DNA of 54,850 bases from Verrucomicrobiales bacterium (GTDB lineage: Bacteria > Verrucomicrobiota > Verrucomicrobiia > Limisphaerales > F1-80-MAGS106): NCBI GenBank assembly GCA_005805305.1, contig SYMW01000029.1, positions 1-54,850 of the forward strand, read 5' to 3'. The first letter of the stretch is position 1. Each line of letters begins with the position of its first letter. The notes beneath the pieces are model-generated. The model was not told the DNA's origin. It ran no database searches and was given only the letters and a program-made list of their open reading frames with translations. Positions 18,801-26,831 of this stretch are shown here, one piece after another. A program made the translations under genes and the position numbers.

Positions 18801-19685
18801 TTAAGGCGCGCCAGGGGTAGGCGGAAACTCAAGGTTAGGATTAGCGATTTTTTGAGCTTCCATTTGTATCACCTGCACGACGGCCTTCTCATGGCCAGGG
18901 ACGCCGGCGTCATCCGCTTGGGCATTAGGCTGCGTTCGCAAGGTTCGAGATGGAATTCCACGCGAAGCACCCGCACCCACAACCGAATTATTGGCTTGGT
19001 TCTGCGCGCCAAAACGATCCAACCCGCCAGTGGTGATGGAAGGGTTGGGAAGGGTCGAAGTTGTCGTCACCCCTCCTCGGGAAATGATTGTCGGTCCTGT
19101 CACGCCTCGATTGTTCAAATTTTGTCCGGGCTGCGGCATGACACCCGGGGGCAACACGCCCGGTTTATTCGCAGCCGCGGGCGGAGGAGCCGTCGATTTC
19201 ATTCCGTGGGTCTTGAATGTGAGAAGGGTCTCAATTCCAGCATTGAGGATTTTGACTTCGTCCGATTTATTGTTGATTTCGAGCACTTCAATGCCGTTCT
19301 CCCGGCCGCCTTCCTCGATCGAAAGATAGGTGGGAGACGCGCCAGCTGGGGGATTTGCACCCTTGGCTTCAGGGAGAACCACCAAGTGAACGGTTTTGCC
19401 CTTTCGACTGCGCACAATCCCGGTGAGATGAATGTTGAGCTTGGTCTCCGGCTTCGGCGTTTCGATCACCTGAGGCGGCGGCACTGGCTTCAACGCGAAA
19501 GGGTTGCGGTCCACGATGGACTGCAAGGCGTCGCGCGTCAAACCCGCCGCGGGCGGCTGAGTATCTGGCCAGGCGGGAGTTGGGAAAATCGCGCTCAGGG
19601 AGATTGCCAAAAAGCCGCGCCAAGCGACCCGGCTCCGAGGCACCGCCCTCCGACACCATCTTTCGAATATCCTCATGCTTACCAT
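18801..19685 (-). CDS. hypothetical secreted Pro/Gly-rich protein (RNPF motif, PilP/GspC-like impression)
   Basis: 294-aa ORF upstream of wza/wzc on the same strand. Hydrophobic N-terminus, DRNPFALKP motif, a beta-rich ~80-aa core, then a low-complexity Pro/Gly/Thr tail. The antisense 293-aa ORF is Arg-rich junk. Confidence 0.6.
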   Translation of the reverse strand: MVSMRIFERWCRRAVPRSRVAWRGFLAISLSAIFPTPAWPDTQPPAAGLTRDALQSIVDRNPFALKPVPPPQVIETPKPETKLNIHLTGIVRSRKGKTVHLVVLPEAKGANPPAGASPTYLSIEEGGRENGIEVLEINNKSDEVKILNAGIETLLTFKTHGMKSTAPPPAAANKPGVLPPGVMPQPGQNLNNRGVTGPTIISRGGVTTTSTLPNPSITTGGLDRFGAQNQANNSVVGAGASRGIPSRTLRTQPNAQADDAGVPGHEKAVVQVIQMEAQKIANPNLEFPPTPGAP

Positions 19686-19780
19686 TTAACACCACCCGTC
19701 TGGAGAGGTTGCGAGCCCAACCGGCTGTGCTGACAACCTATTCAGTCCCGCCTCCACGCAGGCATTCAGCGGGGTTTCGC

Positions 19781-20806
19781 TTAATAAGCGGCCTGAACGC
19801 CCTTGACTGAGCGCTTTTTCATCCAGGGCATGATCCCGCGCAACCGGGCGCCGACCTTCTCGATCGAGTGATTCTCACCGGATTTCAGCAAGGCGTTGTA
19901 ATTCTTATACCCTGTTTGATACTCCCGAACCCACCCTTTGGCAAATTTTCCGGATTGGATATCCTTGAGCGCCGCTTTCATGCGCTTGCGCACTCCAGCG
20001 TCGATAATTTTGGGTCCAACGCTGACGTCTCCCCACTTGGCGGTTTCGGAAATCGAAAATCGCATGCCGCTCACGCCGGACTCGTTCATTAAGTCCACGA
20101 TCAATTTTAATTCGTGAAGGCATTCGAAGTAAGCCATTTCCGGTTGGTATCCGGCCTCGACCAGGGTCTCATAGCCCGCAGTGACCAGCGCGGACAAGCC
20201 GCCGCATAACACGGTCTGCTCACCGAACAAATCGGTCTCGGTCTCCTCCTTAAAGGTGGTTTCGATCACGCCCGCCCGCGTCCCCCCAATTCCCTTTGCC
20301 CAAGCGAGAGCGACTTTCTTGGCTTTCCTGGTCGCGTTTTGATAAATCGCGATCAGTGCCGGAACACCTTTTCCTTCGGTATATTGCCGCCGGACGATGT
20401 GCCCCGGTCCTTTCGGGGCGACGAGGATCACATCCACGTTCGAGGGAGGCACCACGGTTTTGAAATGGATCGAAAACCCATGCGAAAAAAGAAGAGCCTT
20501 GCCCGGGGATAAATTAGGGGCGATGTCTTTTTCATACGCGCTGGCTTGTTTTGTGTCGGGTATCGCGACGAAAATCACATCGGCTCGTTTCACCGCTTCT
20601 GCCGTGGTCAGCACCCCAAAGCCGCACTCCTGGGCCACAGGGATCGACTTGCTGCCCTCGTAAAGCCCGATGATCACGCGAAGTCCGCTGTCTTTGAGGT
20701 TCAGCGCGTGGGCATGGCCCTGAGAGCCGAAGCCTAGCACAGCCAGGGTTTTGTCCTTCAGGGCGCCAAGATCCGCGTCTTTGTCCGTATATACTTTTGC
20801 AGGCAT
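19781..20806 (-). CDS. ilvC: ketol-acid reductoisomerase
   Basis: Class I KARI: [21 protein letters not shown] Rossmann motif and the conserved C-terminal knotted domain (GEQTVLCGG...[13 protein letters not shown]). Confidence 0.95.
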   Translation of the reverse strand: MPAKVYTDKDADLGALKDKTLAVLGFGSQGHAHALNLKDSGLRVIIGLYEGSKSIPVAQECGFGVLTTAEAVKRADVIFVAIPDTKQASAYEKDIAPNLSPGKALLFSHGFSIHFKTVVPPSNVDVILVAPKGPGHIVRRQYTEGKGVPALIAIYQNATRKAKKVALAWAKGIGGTRAGVIETTFKEETETDLFGEQTVLCGGLSALVTAGYETLVEAGYQPEMAYFECLHELKLIVDLMNESGVSGMRFSISETAKWGDVSVGPKIIDAGVRKRMKAALKDIQSGKFAKGWVREYQTGYKNYNALLKSGENHSIEKVGARLRGIMPWMKKRSVKGVQAAY

Positions 20807-20892
20807 GAGTGAACGTTTTGTTTAAGGTGTATCGAAATAAAGCCAATCCCTCGAAAAGCAAAGGCAAAACGTGGGCGCGTCCCTCTCTGGAG

Positions 20893-21366
20893 TCATTTCC
20901 GCGCGAGCGCCACCTTGCCGGTGCGAGTCAAATCGAGTATCCCATAGCACTTCATCAAATCGAGGAATTTCTCAACTTTGCTCTCGTTCCCGGTGACCTC
21001 AACCGTCAGGCTGGCAGGCTGGACGTCCACAATCTTTGCGCGGAAAATATCGGTGATCTGCATCACCTCCGCCCGAGTCTGAGAATCCACGCCGACCCTG
21101 ACCAACACGAGCTCCCGGTCGATGTATTCGTCCCGCTGAAAATCCTGAACATCCAGGACATCCACCAGTTTTTGAAGCTGCCTGACTATTTGAACGAGCG
21201 TGGCGTCATCACCACGGGTCACGATGGTCATCCGCGACGTGTTCGCGTCTTGCGTCGGCGCGACGTTCAGGGTGTCAATGTTGTACCCACGACCGCTGAA
21301 TAGGCCGGCGACCCTCGTGAGCACTCCAAATTTATTTTCCACCAGGACAGAAACGGTGTGGCGCAT
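20893..21366 (-). CDS. ilvN: acetolactate synthase small (regulatory) subunit
   Basis: MRHTVSVLVENKFGVLTRVAGLFSGRGYNIDTLNV (ACT domain) plus the C-terminal ALS_ss_C region. ATG at 21366; the track begins at GTG 21381. Confidence 0.92.
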   Translation of the reverse strand: MRHTVSVLVENKFGVLTRVAGLFSGRGYNIDTLNVAPTQDANTSRMTIVTRGDDATLVQIVRQLQKLVDVLDVQDFQRDEYIDRELVLVRVGVDSQTRAEVMQITDIFRAKIVDVQPASLTVEVTGNESKVEKFLDLMKCYGILDLTRTGKVALARK

Positions 21367-21390
21367 AGTGTTTCCAAGCACGCTCAGCTG

Positions 21391-21429
21391 ACAAAAACCA
21401 AAAACCCGCGTTCCATGGGGAACTGCGGG
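21391..21429 (-). terminator. intrinsic-terminator-like hairpin + U-tract in the ilvN 5' leader (possible attenuator)
   Basis: The minus strand reads CCCGCAGTTCC-ccat-GGAACGCGGG followed by TTTTTGGTTTTTG. It ends about 25 nt before the ilvN ATG. Confidence 0.5.
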
Positions 21430-21571
21430 CGGCCTGCGAGCAAGCGCTCCAACGCCTCAGCCACGGTCGAGGGACCGCGGCTTGAAGTTCGCCGGATCAA
21501 TTAGTCATACTCAGGAGCGTACAAACCATGGTGCCCGAGGTCAACTGCAATCCTCGCCCGGTCAGCCATCA

Positions 21572-21726
21572 CAGTGCATCCACAAGTTGTCGGTGAATTT
21601 GGCTGGCAGCCCGGAGCGCGGCTGTGTGCGAAGCACCAACCGCAGCAGGTTCGGCGTGGCTGCGAGCCTGAGATACTGCTGCGACTGGCTTTCAGCACAG
21701 TCGCGCTCCACCGACAACGCGTGGAT
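21572..21726 (+). repeat. TIR-bounded structured repeat, copy A, upstream of an H-X9-DG gene
   Basis: Near-identical to the reverse complement of 54689..54846. TIRs are ATCCACAAGTTGTCGGTG (21578-21595) and CACCGACAACGCGTGGAT (21709-21726). Internal hairpins at 21641-21664 and 21681-21704. Confidence 0.85.
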
Positions 21727-21859
21727 GGACCGCCCACATCAAGCCGGACAAAACCCCAAATGCACTTGCCAGAATGCGACCAAGAGAGTTTCATAGGCCA
21801 AGCTTCACTCTCTCGATGCCGCTGCGGTGATGCCACACCCCAACCCAGATCGAAGCCTT

Positions 21860-22627
21860 ATGCGCCTCCACCACTCCCTGAGCGTTGCCCCACGTCGGGC
21901 CGCATTCACCTTGATCGAACTGCTCGTCGTCATTGCCATCATCGCGCTGCTCGCCAGCATGCTCCTGCCGGCTCTGTCGCGGGCGAAGGAAAAAGCTCGG
22001 GGCGCCAAGTGCCTGAACAACGTCAGGCAAATGGGTTTGGGTTACGCGTTTTACGCGGATGACAACAAGGACGACATCGTGACGCTTTACCTTTTCGTCA
22101 AGCCGCCGCCCACGGCTCTGATTCAAGACTCGGTGACGTGGTGGGTGGATTTGATGCGCCCGACGCTGCAGGGGACCAACGTCATCGCCTGCCCATCGGT
22201 GAAAAACGGTTTCGGAGTCGCGATGAACCACGTGGAATTGACGGCTTGGAGCGATGTTTCTCGACCGAAGCTGTCCTCAGTGAAAAGCCCCGTGGACTCG
22301 GTGCCCATGGCGGACTCGGGCTTGATCCGCAACATCAAGGACAAGAACCCGGATCAATGGGTTGAAAAGCCCAATTCAGCTTTCCTCTACTGGCGCACCC
22401 CGACGAATGTCGGGTATTATGACTCAGATCCCCAGCGCCCGGTAGGCCGCCACAGCGGACGCGCCAACATGGGTTTCGTGGACGGGCATGGGGCGCCTCA
22501 AAAAGTGAGCAGCCTCGGGTTGCAGTTTTACCCGGGTCAGGACGAAAGCGCCAAATCAGCCACAGGGACCCTCGCGTTCGGCGGCAATGGCAAGCATGAC
22601 CCCCGTTGGCTGTGGGATCGCGAATGA
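21860..22627 (+). CDS. prepilin-type N-terminal cleavage/methylation domain protein, H-X9-DG (DUF1559) family
   Basis: [26 protein letters not shown] class-III signal. C-terminal H-X9-DG motif ([12 protein letters not shown]). ATG 21860 gives a leader length like the paralog at 53732..54568. Confidence 0.85.
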   Translation: MRLHHSLSVAPRRAAFTLIELLVVIAIIALLASMLLPALSRAKEKARGAKCLNNVRQMGLGYAFYADDNKDDIVTLYLFVKPPPTALIQDSVTWWVDLMRPTLQGTNVIACPSVKNGFGVAMNHVELTAWSDVSRPKLSSVKSPVDSVPMADSGLIRNIKDKNPDQWVEKPNSAFLYWRTPTNVGYYDSDPQRPVGRHSGRANMGFVDGHGAPQKVSSLGLQFYPGQDESAKSATGTLAFGGNGKHDPRWLWDRE

Positions 22628-22685
22628 CCTCCTTCGACCCTTCCCACGGGATTCCATTCCGGACCTCCTGGCACCTCTCGGCCGC

Positions 22686-23324
22686 ATGAACCGAAGCACT
22701 TTCGGGCAATTAGCCCTGCTGGTGCTGATCGCCGCCGCCGCCGCGTGGAATTTCACGAAACCCACGGACGGACGCAAAATCGATCTCAATCCCTACAAGG
22801 CGCTCGGATTCGTTGCCGCCGATGAGACTTCCAAACTGTTAGGCCACCACGGCTCGATCATTTTGGTCATACCCGATCCGGGCGACGAACCGGATCCCGT
22901 GATGGAAGCTCAACTTTCCTCCTTCAGGAGCGGGTTGAAGGAGGCGGGAAAAGTCGTGGCCCAACTGGTTGAAACGGTCAAAATGGATCCTTTTTTGAGC
23001 ATGCGCACCGGGGGATCGATGCCGCCGGAGCAATTCATGGACATGCTGAAACGGCATCCGAAAGCGGCGGCTTTCGTGCTTTTTATCGGATTCCCCGGGT
23101 TGTCTGGCCCGGAAGTGAGCCAACTTCGCTCTCACCCAGCCAAACGGATCGCCATTTCGGCAACTCTGCCTAATTATCATGAACTCATCCAGTCGGGCGC
23201 TCTCCATATGGCGATCGTCCCGCGCAACCGCCCGGCCGATGAGATCGTTCCTGAGGCAAAATCCAGGCGCGAAGCCTTTGATCAAGAGTATTCGATCCTT
23301 CGCCAAACCCCTCGGGCGCCTTGA
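22686..23324 (+). CDS. hypothetical membrane-anchored protein
   Basis: MNRSTFGQLALLVLIAAAAAW anchor followed by an alpha/beta-looking ~190-aa domain. No motif recognised. The start is taken at the Met preceding the TM segment. Confidence 0.55.
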   Translation: MNRSTFGQLALLVLIAAAAAWNFTKPTDGRKIDLNPYKALGFVAADETSKLLGHHGSIILVIPDPGDEPDPVMEAQLSSFRSGLKEAGKVVAQLVETVKMDPFLSMRTGGSMPPEQFMDMLKRHPKAAAFVLFIGFPGLSGPEVSQLRSHPAKRIAISATLPNYHELIQSGALHMAIVPRNRPADEIVPEAKSRREAFDQEYSILRQTPRAP

Positions 23325-23566
23325 CCGAAAGGTCGTGCAATAAAAGTCTCGGATTCTCCTATAGGCGGGAGCACTCCCGAAGCCCGAGGATGGCACATCG
23401 ATCAATGGAATAGTGACTCACCACGAGCGCCATCGAAACCAACTCCGGATTCAGGCGGCTGAAACTCTTTCGAAAGCCTGGCGCGTGATAAGCCTCAACC
23501 GTGAAACGCGGATTGAAGGTTGCTTGACAACATTTACCTTGTCGCCCTGGCCCGGCAACCGCTTAC

Positions 23567-24862
23567 ATGCTTTCGAGCATGAGCATCATTGAGGAATTGG
23601 AGTGGCGGGGCTTGTTATCCGATTGCACGGATCGCGAAGCGCTGCGGACGCGGTTGACCCTGGGTCCTATAACCCTCTATTGCGGTTTCGACCCCTCGGC
23701 AGACAGCCTGCACGTGGGCAGTCTGGTGCCCCTAATCGCTCTTCGGCGATTTCAAATCGCCGGACACAAGCCGATCGCGGTCGCGGGAGGGGCCACGGGG
23801 TCCATCGGAGATCCCAGCGGCAAGAGCGCCGAGCGCAATTTGCTTTCCGCCGAAGCCCTGGCTCACAACATTGCCGGGCTCAAAGCGCAACTCGCCGCGC
23901 TGCTTGATTTCGAATCGGAAAGCAACGCCGCGTTGTTGGTGGATAACGCCTCGTGGACCGCGCCAATCAGTTTCCTGGATTTCCTCCGTGACGTTGGGAA
24001 ACACTTCACGGTGAACATGATGGTCGCGAAGGAAAGCGTGCGAACCCGGATGGAGGATCGCGAAAACGGCATCAGCTACACGGAGTTCAGTTACATGCTC
24101 CTCCAAGCCTTTGATTTCCTCCACCTGCATCGAACTTTCGGATGCGAGCTTCAGATCGGAGGAAGCGATCAGTGGGGAAACATCACAGCGGGCACGGACC
24201 TCATCCGTAAAAAGCAGGGCGGCAACGCGTTCGGCCTAACCCTGCCGCTCATCACTAACGCAGACGGCTCGAAGTTCGGAAAGACGGTCGCCGGCGCTGT
24301 CTGGCTGGATTCGCGGCGCACGAGCGTGTATCGATTTTATCAATTCTGGGTTCGAGCCGATGACCGCGATGTCATCCGCTACCTGAAATACTTCACTTTT
24401 ATGCATCGCGAGACGATCGATTCTTTGGAGCAACAGCACATGCAAAAGCCGGAGGCCCGTGCCGCGCACAAGGAACTTGCCAGAGCCGTGACCACCTTGC
24501 TGCATGGCAGCGCCGCCACGGAGGAAGCCATCCGTGCCAGCGAGATCCTGTTTGGCGGCAACCTGGAGGGGATCACCGAATCCACGTTCAATGAAATTGC
24601 GTCGGAAGTTCCTTCGACACGGCTGAACGCCGCCCGATTCGACGCTCCCGGAATGCCGCTTCTGGACCTGCTCATGGAAACCCAACTCTGCCCTTCCAAA
24701 GGTCAAGCGCGGAAGGATGTGGAAGGGGGCGGCATCTACGTCAATAATCAGAGGCTAGCCGACGCTCAAAAGCGGCTCACCTCGTCCGATTGCCTTTTCA
24801 ACCGGCATCTCCTCCTCCGGAAGGGAAAAAGAAACTATCATTTGTGCTCGCTGGAGGCATGA
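23567..24862 (+). CDS. tyrS: tyrosine--tRNA ligase
   Basis: HIGH-type motif (DSLHVGSL), KMSKS-type motif (KFGKT) and a C-terminal S4 domain (KGQARKDVEGGGIYVNNQR). Confidence 0.95.
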   Translation: MLSSMSIIEELEWRGLLSDCTDREALRTRLTLGPITLYCGFDPSADSLHVGSLVPLIALRRFQIAGHKPIAVAGGATGSIGDPSGKSAERNLLSAEALAHNIAGLKAQLAALLDFESESNAALLVDNASWTAPISFLDFLRDVGKHFTVNMMVAKESVRTRMEDRENGISYTEFSYMLLQAFDFLHLHRTFGCELQIGGSDQWGNITAGTDLIRKKQGGNAFGLTLPLITNADGSKFGKTVAGAVWLDSRRTSVYRFYQFWVRADDRDVIRYLKYFTFMHRETIDSLEQQHMQKPEARAAHKELARAVTTLLHGSAATEEAIRASEILFGGNLEGITESTFNEIASEVPSTRLNAARFDAPGMPLLDLLMETQLCPSKGQARKDVEGGGIYVNNQRLADAQKRLTSSDCLFNRHLLLRKGKRNYHLCSLEA

Positions 24863-24910
24863 GTTTTCCAAACCATCCACATCCCCAGCGCTGAGGACAC
24901 CACCATCACC

Positions 24911-25672
24911 ATGTCTCAACTCGCCTTGCCCCTGCCCGAAGGTCAATTGCTCCAGCTCAAACGATGGAACACTCCCACGGTCTACAATGGCTGGGAGCAA
25001 ATCACCCGTGCTGACAGAACGCGGGATGGCATCAACCTGGAGGAAACCAGGGACTTCATGCCTCAGATGGGGCCCATGGTCGGCTATGCGTTGACCGTTG
25101 TGATCGAGCCGAGCAATCCACACCACCCCAACGCCAGCCCCAAGGCGTGGAGCGAGTACCGGCGCTACGTTTCGGCGTTTCCATCCCCGAAGATTGTCGT
25201 CATCCAGGACCTCGACAAACCGCGCGTCGTCGGCTCGTTTTGGGGCGAAGTCAACAGCAACATCCACAGAACCCTCGGCTGCGTGGGCACCATCACAGAC
25301 GGCGCGGTGCGGGATCTCGATGAAATGACCAATGCGGGTTTCAAGGCGCTGGCTCGGAGGCTTTGCGTCGGTCATGCCCACGTGTGCCCCGTGAAATGGG
25401 GCTGCGCCGTTGAGGTTTTCGGCCAAAAAATTGAGCACGGGCAGTTGATTCATGCCGACAAACACGGCTTCCTGGCCATCCCGCACCAGGATATTCCCGC
25501 TCTCCTCGAGGCGGCGAAGTTCATGGATGCCAATGAGTGCAACACTCTCATTTCGGCCGCTCGCGGCTGTCAAGGCTTGGGGACGGAGGAAATCCTCAAA
25601 CGTCTGGATCTGGCGTCGGCGGAGTTTTCTAAAGAAACCAGACGCCGATTCACTCGCACCGGGGAATGGTGA
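24911..25672 (+). CDS. RraA-family protein (RNase E regulator / HMG-CHA aldolase-like fold)
   Basis: FWGEVNSNIHRTLGCVGTITDGAVRDLDEM and VEVFGQKIEHGQLIHADKHGFLAIP match the RraA/dimethylmenaquinone methyltransferase-like family pattern. Confidence 0.8.
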   Translation: MSQLALPLPEGQLLQLKRWNTPTVYNGWEQITRADRTRDGINLEETRDFMPQMGPMVGYALTVVIEPSNPHHPNASPKAWSEYRRYVSAFPSPKIVVIQDLDKPRVVGSFWGEVNSNIHRTLGCVGTITDGAVRDLDEMTNAGFKALARRLCVGHAHVCPVKWGCAVEVFGQKIEHGQLIHADKHGFLAIPHQDIPALLEAAKFMDANECNTLISAARGCQGLGTEEILKRLDLASAEFSKETRRRFTRTGEW

Positions 25673-25821
25673 TCCATCGCCTCTCTCCCAGGATCCTCCT
25701 TGATCCAAATGGCGAAAAGCCGAGCGATGGGCTGGTGCCGGATCCCGCGGCCGCGCGAAGATTTTCAAAGCATCGCGTTGTTTCCTGGCACGGGAGATGG
25801 CAAGGTCCTTGTCAGCGGCTT

Positions 25822-26709
25822 ATGCGACAAAACGCGCTCCTCCTCCCCATTCTGCTGAGTTGCGCGACTCTGTTGCTGGCCCAGCGTTACCGTTACTGGG
25901 GAGGCGGCGAGGGGGCAATATCGGAGGACTCGGCGATTCGCACCGCGCGGGACGCCCCGACGCACAGCGTGGACATGCCCACCTGGACAAACCGGCCTGG
26001 ATTCAATAAGGACGCCTTCACTTTCACCCGACTTCGTTACACACGGAATCCCTATCGCTCCCGCGCCTTCAGCCACTGTTTCACCGATTTCCCAGACAGC
26101 GATTTGAATCTGTCCTACAGGCTCCAGCAGCTCACCTCCATCAACGTGGATCCGGACGGGCGAGTGCTCCATATCAACGACCCGGAGTTGTTTGAGTATC
26201 CATGGGTTTACATGGTGGAGCCGGGAGCCTTGCGTTTCGAAACGCATGAATTGGAAACCCTCAAAAAATACCTGCTCAACGGCGGATTCCTCATGGCCGA
26301 CGATTTTTGGGGGACGCGGCAGTGGCGGAACTTCGAGAACGAAATGAAGCGCGTGCTTCCGAACAGCGAGTTTGTGGACCTGCCCATGGATCACCCGATC
26401 TTCAGTTGTGTGTTCGATCTCCGGGGATTAACGAAGCAAGGGTTGCAGGTTCCTAACTTTAGAACAGGAGAAATGAGCCAGCACGACGGGGTCACTTGGG
26501 AAGAGCACGATGGGGAAGAATGCAGGGAGGTTCACATTCGAGCGTTGTTCGATGACAAAGGCCGGATGATCGTGATCGCTTGCCACAACACCGACAACGG
26601 CGATGGCTGGGAACGTGAGCAGGAATATCATTATTACTTCCGGCAATTCTCCGAAAAGCGCGCCTACCCTCTCGGCATCAACATCATTTTCTACGCGATG
26701 ACTCACTGA
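25822..26709 (+). CDS. DUF4159 domain-containing protein
   Basis: Signal/anchor MRQNALLLPILLSCATLLLA. FTFTRLRYT, FTDFPDSDLNLSYRLQQLT, LLNGGFLMADDFWG, CHNTDNGDGWE and a C-terminal NIIFYAMTH. Paralog at 43958..44848. Confidence 0.8.
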   Translation: MRQNALLLPILLSCATLLLAQRYRYWGGGEGAISEDSAIRTARDAPTHSVDMPTWTNRPGFNKDAFTFTRLRYTRNPYRSRAFSHCFTDFPDSDLNLSYRLQQLTSINVDPDGRVLHINDPELFEYPWVYMVEPGALRFETHELETLKKYLLNGGFLMADDFWGTRQWRNFENEMKRVLPNSEFVDLPMDHPIFSCVFDLRGLTKQGLQVPNFRTGEMSQHDGVTWEEHDGEECREVHIRALFDDKGRMIVIACHNTDNGDGWEREQEYHYYFRQFSEKRAYPLGINIIFYAMTH

Positions 26710-26831
26710 AACTGCGGTCCCGCTCTCCAACACGGCCTGGCGCGTCAATCGAGCAAATATCCTAAGCCAAACTGGGAAGCCTGATTCTGAAAACATTCCC
26801 GCAAACATCCCTCATCTTAGCCCTCCTGATT

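Noticed and set aside
18852-19733. 293-aa plus-strand ORF opposite the RNPF-motif protein
   Set aside because: Of the two overlapping ORFs, the plus-strand one is Arg/His/Ser-rich with no signal or domain. The minus-strand one has a signal-like N-terminus, a folded-looking core, and the same orientation as wza/wzc.
21430-21540. Leader-peptide or T-box control of ilvN
   Set aside because: The only short ORF in the leader (MVCTLLSMTN, minus strand) has no run of Val/Leu/Ile codons. No T-box consensus (AATTAGGGTGGTACCGCG-like) is present. An attenuator remains possible, but its mechanism is not identified.
21574-22062. ORFs starting MHPQV(V/A)GE(F/L)GW... at 21574 (+) and 54844 (-), a conserved 50-aa peptide
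   Set aside because: The conservation stops exactly at the repeat boundary and the ORFs continue into unrelated Arg-rich sequence. The element has TIRs and internal hairpins. I interpret it as a non-coding repeat.
23524-23566. TTGACA hexamer 38 nt upstream of the tyrS ATG as a sigma-70 promoter
   Set aside because: No acceptable -10 hexamer lies 16-18 nt downstream (the sequence there is CTGGCC). PVC promoter consensus is poorly known, so no call was made.
24755-25768. 337-aa minus-strand ORF
   Set aside because: It is antisense to the RraA-like gene, whose family motifs are clear. It has a shadow-ORF composition.
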